From contig JANNRX010000208.1 of NCBI GenBank assembly GCA_031401875.1, positions 1 through 30,697 on the forward strand: a stretch of 30,697 nucleotides of DNA. Direction: 5' to 3'. The position numbers and the translations under genes are program-made. Below are positions 9,578 through 17,683 of the stretch, one piece after another (within the stretch, counting starts at the first letter, position 1; each line of letters begins with the position of its first letter). The DNA is from Hyphomicrobiales bacterium (GTDB taxonomy: Bacteria; Pseudomonadota; Alphaproteobacteria; Rhizobiales; Beijerinckiaceae). The notes below the pieces were generated by a model, which made no database searches, was not told the origin of the DNA, and was given only the letters and a program-made list of their open reading frames with translations.

Positions 9578-10204
9578 TCAGAACTCAATGCCCTTCTGCG
9601 CCTTGATACCGGCCCGGAACGGATGCTTTACAAGGGTCATCTCGGTGACAAGGTCTGCCAGCTCGATCAGCGCAGGCTTGGCGTTACGGCCCGTGATGAT
9701 GACGTGCTTGTCCGCCGGTTTTTCCGTCTGTAGAAAACTGACGATCTCATCCACCGGCAGATAATCATAGCGCAGCACGATATTGAGTTCATCAAGCAGC
9801 ACAAGACGATGTCGATCATCGCGGATCAATTCCTTGGCACGCTCCCATCCCGCGCGTGCTGCTGCGATATCACGCTCGCGGTCCTGCGTGTCCCAGGTGA
9901 AACCTTCGCCCATGATCTCGAACGTGCACATCTCGGGAAACCGCCGCAGCAGCAAGGCTTCGCCGGTCACCCAGTCTGGTGCTTTGGTGAATTGCACAAC
10001 AGCCACGGGCATCTCGTGGGCGATATGGCGGAAGACCATGCCAAGGGCCGCCGAGGTCTTGCCTTTGCCCGATCCGGTGTGGACGATGATGAGGCCTTTC
10101 TGATCGCTCTTGGCCGCCAGCATCTTGTCCTTGGCTGCCTTGTGCTTTTTCATTTTATCGGCATGGCGGGCATTGATGGCTTCGGAACTCGTGTCCTCAG
10201 GCAT
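9578..10204 (-). CDS. cobO: Cob(I)yrinic acid a,c-diamide adenosyltransferase
   Basis: HTGSGKGKT, LLDELN, VIITGRNA and HPFRAGIKAQKGIEF. AGGGAG lies upstream of ATG 10204; the ORF track uses TTG 10210. Confidence 0.95.
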   Translation of the reverse strand: MPEDTSSEAINARHADKMKKHKAAKDKMLAAKSDQKGLIIVHTGSGKGKTSAALGMVFRHIAHEMPVAVVQFTKAPDWVTGEALLLRRFPEMCTFEIMGEGFTWDTQDRERDIAAARAGWERAKELIRDDRHRLVLLDELNIVLRYDYLPVDEIVSFLQTEKPADKHVIITGRNAKPALIELADLVTEMTLVKHPFRAGIKAQKGIEF

Positions 10205-10291
10205 TGGCAATTTCTCCCTTCGAAAAGTGAACCCGACGGATGATCCCGGAGCTTCTGTTGACCCCGGAGTTACTCGTGATCAACACCCCGT

Positions 10292-10813
10292 TCAGGGGCG
10301 TTTGAGAACAAGCGGCAGTCCGGCGGCAACCAGAATGACATGTCCGCAAAGTGCTGCAATCTTCTGATTCAGCCGCCCCTGCTCATCGCGGAAGCGACGT
10401 CCGAGTGGTGTCTCGGGAACGATGCCAAGGCCCACTTCGTTGGAGACAAGGACAACAGGCCCCCTCGTCGCAGCAAGGGCTGCCAGCAAGGCATCTCGTC
10501 CCGCTTCAACATCGCGTTCCGTCAGCATCAGGTTGGAAAGCCAGAGCGTCAGGCAATCGACCAGAACGACAGCACCGGGATTGGCGGCCTTTGCCACGGC
10601 TTCCGCCAGTGCGAAAGGCTCTTCAACTGTTTGCCAGCCATCGCCTGCACGATCAGCGCGGTGACGGGCGATGCGTTCGTGCATTTCGGCATCAAAGGCC
10701 TGTGCCGTGGCGATATAAATCCGTGTCGCTGCGCAATCGCACGCGAGTGCCTCGGCATGGGCGGATTTGCCGGACCGTGCGCCACCAAGCACAAAGGTGA
10801 GTTGGCGGCTCAC
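10292..10813 (-). CDS. cobU: Bifunctional adenosylcobinamide kinase / cobinamide-phosphate guanylyltransferase (CobU; CobP in P. denitrificans)
   Basis: LGGARSGKS, LVDCLTLWLSN and LVSNEVGLG motifs. Confidence 0.95.
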   Translation of the reverse strand: MSRQLTFVLGGARSGKSAHAEALACDCAATRIYIATAQAFDAEMHERIARHRADRAGDGWQTVEEPFALAEAVAKAANPGAVVLVDCLTLWLSNLMLTERDVEAGRDALLAALAATRGPVVLVSNEVGLGIVPETPLGRRFRDEQGRLNQKIAALCGHVILVAAGLPLVLKRP

Positions 10814-11217
10814 TCCGGCGCGCTCCCGTCTTCAGGGGACCAGCCGGGAGGCGGAATGCGCGCGACGATGCCCTTGCGCAAGGCCTCCGGCCGCTGCTTC
10901 CAGGGCACGAAACCATGCGGTGCAGTACTGCATGCCTTTGCCATGCTGACGATTGCCTCCGCATCCTTTGCCGGATCAAGATCGCCAAAGACAAAGGTGT
11001 ATCCACCCTCGGATGACAGGGTGACAGAACAGATGCGCTTGCAGACACTCAGGCATTGCGTGGGCCGGACGATAACGCCCTCGGTGCCCTCTGCCGATTG
11101 TACAAGGGCCTCGAACAAGGCTTTGCCGGGCGCGTTATCGCGCTCTGTTCCCGCCTCACGACAATGAATGCACACCGTAATAATGCTCGTTTTGACAGGG
11201 GCAGAAGCCATGTTCAT
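10810..11217 (-). CDS. DUF1636-family cysteine-rich, predicted metal-binding protein
   Basis: VCIHC, CLSVCKRIC, YTFVFGDLDP and GFVPWKQRPEALRKGIVARIPP. ATGA coupling to the bluB stop (11214-11217) and to cobU (10810-10813). Confidence 0.85.
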   Translation of the reverse strand: MNMASAPVKTSIITVCIHCREAGTERDNAPGKALFEALVQSAEGTEGVIVRPTQCLSVCKRICSVTLSSEGGYTFVFGDLDPAKDAEAIVSMAKACSTAPHGFVPWKQRPEALRKGIVARIPPPGWSPEDGSAPE

Positions 11218-11948
11218 CGTCTCACAGTTGCAGATTGGGCAGGATTGCGGGTTTCCCAACCCTGCCGTTCAAGTTCAGGAATGGTGGAACGGACCGCCGG
11301 CCAGCCAATGTTCAGATAGCCAACCAGATCCCAGTTTTCTGGAAGATCAAGGATTTGTGTGGCCTGTTCCGGCCTCAGGATCGACACCCAGCCGACACCA
11401 ATGCCTTCGGCTTCTGCCGCAAGCCACAGCGTATGAATGGCACAGACCACAGAATCCCGCAGCGTCTGGGGCATGGTCTGGCGACCGAGACCTCGCCCCA
11501 CAGGTGTTGCAAGATCACAGCAGACAGCCAGATGCACCGGGGCCTCGCGCATGCCCGATAACTTGAGCAGACGATAGGCCTCGCCTTGCGCATCCGGATA
11601 GCTGGCGGCGGCAAGGGCATTGCAATGCTCGAATTCAGCGATCATCGCCTGTCGCCGCACAGGGCTTTCAACCAGAACAAACCGCCAAGGTTGCGACAGT
11701 CCGACGGAAGGCGCAAGACAGGCCGTATCAAGCAACCGCGCGATCGTAGCCTCTGGCAGGGGATCAGTCGCGAATGACCTGACGTCTCGCCGCCAGCGCA
11801 GCAGTTCGTGCAAGGTTTCGCTCTGCAAGGCTCGCTTGCGCGCACGCATGGCGCCTTCAGCAGCGGAGTCCTGAAAGGGTGCAGAGTCTTGGCAGGGCTC
11901 AGAATGGCTGACAGATCTTTGCATTGGCATCGGATCAGGCCGCATCAC
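11214..11948 (-). CDS. bluB: 5,6-dimethylbenzimidazole synthase (flavin destructase)
   Basis: WRRDVRSF, APSVGLSQPWRFV and LWLAAEAEGIGVGWVSI. First gene after the B12 riboswitch. The true start is uncertain (11948, 11930, 11924 or later). Confidence 0.92.
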   Translation of the reverse strand: MMRPDPMPMQRSVSHSEPCQDSAPFQDSAAEGAMRARKRALQSETLHELLRWRRDVRSFATDPLPEATIARLLDTACLAPSVGLSQPWRFVLVESPVRRQAMIAEFEHCNALAAASYPDAQGEAYRLLKLSGMREAPVHLAVCCDLATPVGRGLGRQTMPQTLRDSVVCAIHTLWLAAEAEGIGVGWVSILRPEQATQILDLPENWDLVGYLNIGWPAVRSTIPELERQGWETRNPAQSATVRR

Positions 11949-12057
11949 AGGGATGCGCCAATAGGCCAGCCCTGATGACCGGGAACGGCATTTGTTCCCA
12001 CAGAACGCACCAACCGTGCACCTCGCCGGTCAGCGCTCATCAGCAGCAGTGCATGAG

Positions 12058-12238
12058 CAGCCGGTCTCCTGGCTCACGGATCCCAGCACCGCCGCTTCCT
12101 TCCCAGGGCATAACCCCAGTGGACTGCTGCGCCGGTGCTCACCGTCTACAGTTGCGAGGGCAGCTGCGGATTGGAGCCAGCACAAGTGCCGTTGCTCCCA
12201 CCGCATTCCCGTTTCACCCTGGTTGCCCAGAGAACTGC
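12058..12238 (-). ncRNA. Cobalamin (B12) riboswitch
   Basis: The minus strand reads GGTGAAACGGGAATGCGGTG...AATCCGCAGCTGCCCTCGCAACTGTAGACGG...CCACTGGG...CTGGGAAGG...AGCCAGGAGACCGGC. All conserved blocks, including the B12 box, are in order upstream of bluB. Ends are approximate. Confidence 0.95.
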
Positions 12239-12341
12239 TCAAGCTACTGTCTTGGCAGCATCAAGAGACAAAATCAAACGGGAAACGAGTGAAGCTCTGG
12301 TTTGAATGCAGGGCAAGCGCTGCAGGCATTCTCCGAAGTCA

Positions 12342-13745
12342 TCACAGTTTATAGGCCTTTTCCGCCAGCCGCCAGGCAAGATCAGCGGCAAGATCATGCG
12401 CTTCATCGTCATCAATGCGGTGTTCTGCCACCAGTCTGGCGAGGAAAGCGCAATCCGAACGGCGTGCCATATCATGGCGTGCCGGAATGGAGAGATAGGC
12501 GCGGGTATCGTCATTGAAACCGACAGTATTGGCAAAACCGGCGGTCTCTGTTGTCAGCTCGCGGAAGCGGCGCATGCCTTCCGGTGCATCGAAAAACCAC
12601 CAGGCAGGACCAAGCTTCAGGGCCGGATAGACCCCCGCGAGCGGGGCCAGTTCCCGGCTGTAGGCCGTCTCGTCCAGCGTGAACAGGATGATGGTGAGGC
12701 CTGCCTCATGGCCCACCGCATCCAGCAGCGGTTTGAGCGCCCGGACGTAATCGGTCGCCGCCGGGATATCCGCTCCCTTGTCACGCCCGAACCGCGCGAA
12801 CAATGCGGGACTGTGGTTGCGGAAAGAACCGGGATGCAGTTGCAAAACCAGCCCATCATCGAGGCTCATCTTTGCCATTTCCGTGATCATCTGACCACGG
12901 AAAGCATCCGCCTCTTCAGGAGAGACAGGCCCTGCAATGACCTTGGCAAATAACTTTTCCGCCTCTGATTCCGACAGGTTCAGCGTGCGCGCATTGGGAT
13001 GTCCGTGGTCAGTCGCGGTTGCGCCATGCCGGATGAAGAACTGCCGCCGCAGGCGATGGGCGGCAAGATAGCCGCGCAGCGAGCCTGTGTCCTCGCCCGT
13101 GATCTCGCCAAGCCGCACGACATTGGCGCGAAAACCCTCATGCTCGGGATCCACCACAGCATCGGGCCGATAACAGGGAAGCACGCGGCCTTTCCAGCCC
13201 GAGGCCTGAATCGCGGCATGGTGAGACAGATCATCCAGCGCGCCATCAGTGGTCGAGATTGCCTTGATGCCGAAGCGCTCATACAGCGCGCGTGGCAGAC
13301 AGGCGGGAGTGGCCAGCGCCTCCGCTATGCTGTCATAAAGCGCATCGGCATTGGCGCTGGAAAGCCGTTCGGTAATCCCGAAAATATCCTCCAGTGCATG
13401 CTCGAACCACAGCCGCGTGGGCGTGCCACGAAAAAGCGGCCAATGGTCAGCAAAAATCCGCCAGATGGCGCGCGGGTCCTGCTCGACCGGTCCGCCATCA
13501 ACACGCGGCACACCGAGCTTTTCCAAGGGCACGCCCTGTGAATAGAGCATGCGGAACACATAATGATCCGGCTTCACAAAGAGCGAGGCGGGATCAGGAA
13601 AGGCTGCATTGGTTGCGTACCAGGCAGGGTCCGTGTGCCCGTGGGGGCTGACAATGGGAGCGGACTTTACGCCGGAATACAGCGCTCTCGCAATGGAGCG
13701 GGTGCGCTCATCGGCTGGAAAGAGCCTGTCAGGATGCAGGGCCAT
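12342..13745 (-). CDS. uxaC: Glucuronate (uronate) isomerase
   Basis: IVSPHGHTDP metal motif, FRGTPT, GPAWWFFD and GFNDDTRAYLSIPARHD. Confidence 0.95.
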   Translation of the reverse strand: MALHPDRLFPADERTRSIARALYSGVKSAPIVSPHGHTDPAWYATNAAFPDPASLFVKPDHYVFRMLYSQGVPLEKLGVPRVDGGPVEQDPRAIWRIFADHWPLFRGTPTRLWFEHALEDIFGITERLSSANADALYDSIAEALATPACLPRALYERFGIKAISTTDGALDDLSHHAAIQASGWKGRVLPCYRPDAVVDPEHEGFRANVVRLGEITGEDTGSLRGYLAAHRLRRQFFIRHGATATDHGHPNARTLNLSESEAEKLFAKVIAGPVSPEEADAFRGQMITEMAKMSLDDGLVLQLHPGSFRNHSPALFARFGRDKGADIPAATDYVRALKPLLDAVGHEAGLTIILFTLDETAYSRELAPLAGVYPALKLGPAWWFFDAPEGMRRFRELTTETAGFANTVGFNDDTRAYLSIPARHDMARRSDCAFLARLVAEHRIDDDEAHDLAADLAWRLAEKAYKL

Positions 13746-13821
13746 GGTTTTGATCCGGAAATGACGTCACGAACAGGGAGTGCTCGAAACAAAGCAGATC
13801 ATTTCCTAGCATAAACTCTGC

Positions 13822-15087
13822 TCAGGACAGAGCCTGTTCGAAATCCGCAATCAGATCCTCGGGCTCCTCGATACCAACGGACAGGCGCAGAGTGCCCTCG
13901 CTAATGCCAAGGCTCGCGCGGGTTGCGGCATCGACATTGCGGTGCGTTGTGGTTGCGGGATGCGCGATGAGTGAGCGCGCCTCGCCCACATTGACCAGGT
14001 GCGAGAAAAGACGCAGCTTGGCGGTGACGCGCGCGGCAGCCTCGCGTCCACCCTTCAGCGTCACGGTATGGATCGATCCCATTCCCTGAGGCAGCAATGC
14101 GCCCGCAAGATTATGCCGGGGATGATCGGGCAAGCCAGGATGGCTGACCGCGGCCACGGCAGCGTGCTCTTTCAGAAACCGGTGCAAGGCCAGCGCATTG
14201 CTGCTGTGGCGTTGCATGCGCAGCGTCAGCGTCTCGCAGCCCGTGATCAGCATGAAGGCATTGGTCGGCGACAGGCAGGGGCCAAGTTCGCGCATGCCGA
14301 CAAGTCGACAGGCGGCGGCAAACGGCCAGCCTGGATATTTTGTCATGACCTCGACACCGTCATAATCGGTGAATGGCTGCACGATCAGCGGATAGCGGTC
14401 GTCAATCCAGTGCCTGTTGCCACTATCGACGATAATGCCGCCGATGGCCGTGCCGTGACCGGACATGAATTTCGATGCGGAATGCCAGACGATATCCGCG
14501 CCGTGCTCAATGGGCCGCAGCAATGCTGGCGAGGCCAGGGTCGAATCAACGATCAGGGGAACATTGGCCGCGCGTGCAATTGCCGCCAGTGCCGGCAGAT
14601 CCACCACATCGCCCGTAGGATTGATCAGCGCCTCGACGAAAATACCGCGTGTCTTCGGGGTGATCGCCTGCGCGATGCTCTCGCAATCATGCGCATCAAC
14701 CCAGGCAACACTGATGCCGAACTGGCTCTCGAAGCGCTTGAGCAAACCCACCGTACCACCGAATACCTGCCGTGCGGCCACGACCTGATCTACACTGCGG
14801 CAGAGCGCCGTCATGATCATCAGCAACGCTGACTGGCCCGAAGCGCAGGCGATGGCGGATGCACCACCCTCAAGGGCCGCAATGCGCCGCTCGAAAGCGG
14901 CCACCGTCGGATTGCCGCTGCGGCCATAGGCATAGCCCACGCGGTCAAGCGCGAAGAGATCCGAGCCATGCTCAAGATCATCGAAGACATAACCGTTGGA
15001 ATGGTAGATCGGCACTGTCCGCGCGCCGGTCGCAGGATCAGGCGCTGTTCCGGCATGGATCGCGAGAGTCGAAAGCTTGTGGGTCAT
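13822..15087 (-). CDS. Divergent MetY/O-acylhomoserine sulfhydrylase-family PLP enzyme
   Basis: Cys/Met-metabolism PLP fold: YGRSGNPT, SG, PLP lysine in HSASKFMSGH, LRLSVGIE. It aligns end to end with the neighbouring metY but has several active-site changes. Confidence 0.85.
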   Translation of the reverse strand: MTHKLSTLAIHAGTAPDPATGARTVPIYHSNGYVFDDLEHGSDLFALDRVGYAYGRSGNPTVAAFERRIAALEGGASAIACASGQSALLMIMTALCRSVDQVVAARQVFGGTVGLLKRFESQFGISVAWVDAHDCESIAQAITPKTRGIFVEALINPTGDVVDLPALAAIARAANVPLIVDSTLASPALLRPIEHGADIVWHSASKFMSGHGTAIGGIIVDSGNRHWIDDRYPLIVQPFTDYDGVEVMTKYPGWPFAAACRLVGMRELGPCLSPTNAFMLITGCETLTLRMQRHSSNALALHRFLKEHAAVAAVSHPGLPDHPRHNLAGALLPQGMGSIHTVTLKGGREAAARVTAKLRLFSHLVNVGEARSLIAHPATTTHRNVDAATRASLGISEGTLRLSVGIEEPEDLIADFEQALS

Positions 15088-15202
15088 GCGGTGTCTCTGG
15101 TCCTCACCCCATAGGGAAGAGTCAATCGGGGTTTCGCTTTTGCGCAGGAGGCTGATTCCAGGAGCCCGACAAACCCGGCATCCTGTCTTTCAGCACCGTC
15201 TG

Positions 15203-16480
15203 TTATGCCAGCGCCTGATCCAGATCAGCGATCAGATCCCCCGTATCCTCAAGACCAATCGACAGGCGAACGACTTCCGGGCCGGAACCCGCAATCCGTC
15301 TCTGTTCGTCGGTCAACTGGCGGTGGGTGGTGGAGGCCGGATGGATCACAAGGCTGCGTGTATCGCCGATATTGGCAAGATGCGAGAAAAGCTTGAGTTC
15401 CGTCACAAGCTTGACACCGGCGTCATAGCCTCCCTTGAGGCCAAGTGTGAAAACGCTGCCGGCGCCCTTGGGCGTGTATTGCTTGGCCAGCGCATGATAC
15501 TTGTCCGCCGGAAGGCCGGGATAACTCACCCAATCCACCGCTTTGTGGCTGGCGAGATGCTTTGCCACCACCAGCGCGTTGTCGCAATGGCGCTGCATGC
15601 GCAAGGGTAGCGTTTCGATGCCTTGCAGGATCATGAAGGCGTTGAATGGCGAAAGGGCAGGCCCGAGATCACGCAGGCCAAGCACGCGGCAGGCGATGGC
15701 AAAGGCGAAGTTTCCAAAGGTTTCGCCCAGCACCATCTGGCCATATTCGGGGCGCGGTTGCGATATCGAAGGATAACGGCCAGATTTGATCCAGTCGAAC
15801 TTGCCGCCATCAACGATGATGCCGCCGATGGAATTGCCATGGCCGCCGAGAAATTTCGTCAGCGAATGCACGACGATATGCGCGCCATGCTCGAAGGGCC
15901 GGATCAGATAGGGTGACGCCATCGTGTTATCGACGATCAGGGGAATGCCCGCCTTGTCCGCGATCTTCGCCAGCGCCGCGATATCAACGATAACGCCGCC
16001 GGGATTGGCGATGGATTCCACGAAGATCGCCTGGGTCTTGGGCGTGATCGCCCGTTCAAAGGTGGAAAGATCATCGCTGTCCGCCCAGACGACGTTCCAG
16101 CCAAATTTCTTGTAAGCGTGATTGAACTGATTGATGGAACCGCCGTAGAGTTTCTTGGCCGCAATGAATTCATCACCCGGCTCCAGCAGCGTGTGAAACA
16201 CCAGATGCTCCGCCGCATGGCCTGATGCCACCGCAAGCGCCGCCGTGCCGCCTTCCAGCGCCGCAACGCGCTCTTCCAGTACCGCGCAAGTGGGATTGCC
16301 GATGCGGGTGTAGATATTGCCAAAGGCCTGGAGACCAAACAGCGATGCGGCATGGTCCACGTCATCAAACACGAAGGACGATGTCTGATAAATCGGCGTT
16401 GCCCGTGCGCCCGTGGTGGGATCAGGTGTTGCGCCCGCATGAATGGCGAGAGTGGCGAAACCGGGAAGACGCTCGGTCAT
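15203..16480 (-). CDS. metY: O-acetylhomoserine sulfhydrylase (aminocarboxypropyltransferase)
   Basis: YTRIGNPT, LYGGS, VDNT, HSLTKFLGGHG and NIGDTRSLVIHPASTTH. AGGAG RBS lies before ATG 16480; the 38 extra residues in the ORF track are unlikely to be translated. Confidence 0.92.
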   Translation of the reverse strand: MTERLPGFATLAIHAGATPDPTTGARATPIYQTSSFVFDDVDHAASLFGLQAFGNIYTRIGNPTCAVLEERVAALEGGTAALAVASGHAAEHLVFHTLLEPGDEFIAAKKLYGGSINQFNHAYKKFGWNVVWADSDDLSTFERAITPKTQAIFVESIANPGGVIVDIAALAKIADKAGIPLIVDNTMASPYLIRPFEHGAHIVVHSLTKFLGGHGNSIGGIIVDGGKFDWIKSGRYPSISQPRPEYGQMVLGETFGNFAFAIACRVLGLRDLGPALSPFNAFMILQGIETLPLRMQRHCDNALVVAKHLASHKAVDWVSYPGLPADKYHALAKQYTPKGAGSVFTLGLKGGYDAGVKLVTELKLFSHLANIGDTRSLVIHPASTTHRQLTDEQRRIAGSGPEVVRLSIGLEDTGDLIADLDQALA

Positions 16481-16507
16481 GGAGAAACTCCTGTCAGTGG
16501 TTGATGG

Positions 16508-16536
16508 GTTTAAGGGCAGATCGTCCGCTTTGTCAA
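16508..16536 (-). promoter_or_regulatory. Putative sigma70 promoter for metY
   Basis: Minus strand TTGACA (16536-16531), 17-nt spacer, TTAAAC (16513-16508); about 27 nt upstream of the ATG. Confidence 0.55.
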
Positions 16537-16677
16537 TCCAATCGTTCTTTAAAAAGGACGAAATTTTTATTATTAAGGATACTTCTAATTGCATTCATCA
16601 AATAGTATTCACATTAGATTTTACTTATCTATTATCGCTTATTTCTACATTAACAGACAGTATGGGAGGTCACTAAG

Positions 16678-17484
16678 ATGTGGCCATTCAAATCAAAACC
16701 GATCATTGATGTTGATGCAGTCGAATGGCAGTTCGAGTGTTTTGAATGGTTACTTAAGGAATATGGAGCTGATATTCCAATCACTTCAAGACAACTGGTT
16801 CTTCCTAAGGCTAGGTTTTTTCCTACGGAAAATGAAAAGGGGCATGCGCTAGCTCAAAGACTGTTTGATGCCGTGAAAACTTACGCTGGTTTGAGCGACT
16901 GGCCCGTCACACTCGTCGCAGATGCACCAACACCCGAATATGAAGCCGGAACTTACGCGCCCCAACCCCTTAAATACGCCGCAGGAACTTTCTCTATTAG
17001 GGCTGACGGGATTCGCGAAATATCTTATCAGCCAAGGCTACTCAAGGAACCACAACAACTGATAGCCACATTTGCACATGAGTTGGCGCATCTTGTGATC
17101 GCCCATGCTACCACACAGGCACCATGCGCTAACGATGAAATCGAGTTTCTAACTGACTTGACGGCTGTTTATCTCGGATTCGGCGTTTTCCTTTCAAATT
17201 CTGTATTTAATTTCAAATCTATTCATGACTTGGGCGGAGGCGGCACTGCATGGTCCTATTCTCGAACGGGATATCTACCTGAGAATGACCTTGTGCATGC
17301 AACAGCTATATTCTTGAAGCTAAGCGGCGAAAATGCCTATGATGCCGTCACTTATCTGAAGCCTGGATTGGGGCGTACGCTAAGGAAATGCCTTATTGAA
17401 CTGAAGGACAAAACAGCTTCACTGGAAGCGCTTGCTGACAATCCACCACCCTCGTCATACACGCCAGATGAAGAGATTGTTTAA
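16678..17484 (+). CDS. Uncharacterised HExxH (zincin / ImmA-IrrE-like) metalloprotein
   Basis: 268-aa ORF with strong RBS GGGAGG (16664-16669); FAHELAH followed by E-F-L-T-D-L-T-A; much lower GC than its neighbours. Confidence 0.75.
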   Translation: MWPFKSKPIIDVDAVEWQFECFEWLLKEYGADIPITSRQLVLPKARFFPTENEKGHALAQRLFDAVKTYAGLSDWPVTLVADAPTPEYEAGTYAPQPLKYAAGTFSIRADGIREISYQPRLLKEPQQLIATFAHELAHLVIAHATTQAPCANDEIEFLTDLTAVYLGFGVFLSNSVFNFKSIHDLGGGGTAWSYSRTGYLPENDLVHATAIFLKLSGENAYDAVTYLKPGLGRTLRKCLIELKDKTASLEALADNPPPSSYTPDEEIV

Positions 17485-17683
17485 TCAATTTCAAATGCCG
17501 CTAGTCTGTCAACCACATTCCTACCAATTTCGACAAAGGTAGCGGCGGAATTAAAATCTGGTACATCGAAACAATGGTCTGGACTGAACATTTCGGTTCA
17601 ACTGACTAGGATCAAATAGCATCTTTTCGAATCAAACATTACGTCTCGTGATTAGCGTCCAGTGACTACATCCACTACATGTT

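Noticed and set aside
8756-9764. 249-aa and 260-aa plus-strand ORFs
   Set aside because: Shadows of cobQ/cobO with no family motifs.
11862-11891. QDSA...QDSA duplication (18-nt period) in the bluB N-terminus
   Set aside because: Only two short imperfect copies in a poorly conserved extension; probably a neutral micro-duplication.
13762-13769. TGACGTCA palindrome upstream of uxaC
   Set aside because: An 8-bp palindrome is expected by chance in 30 kb, and there is no supporting context.
15088-16560. SAM riboswitch ahead of metY or its paralog
   Set aside because: No SAM-II or SAM-SAH consensus was recognised, and the predicted metY leader is only about 20 nt.
17481-17591. 36-aa minus-strand ORF MFSPDHCF... 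beside the HExxH gene (possible small partner)
   Set aside because: Short, no RBS, an in-frame TGA just upstream, and no recognisable motif.
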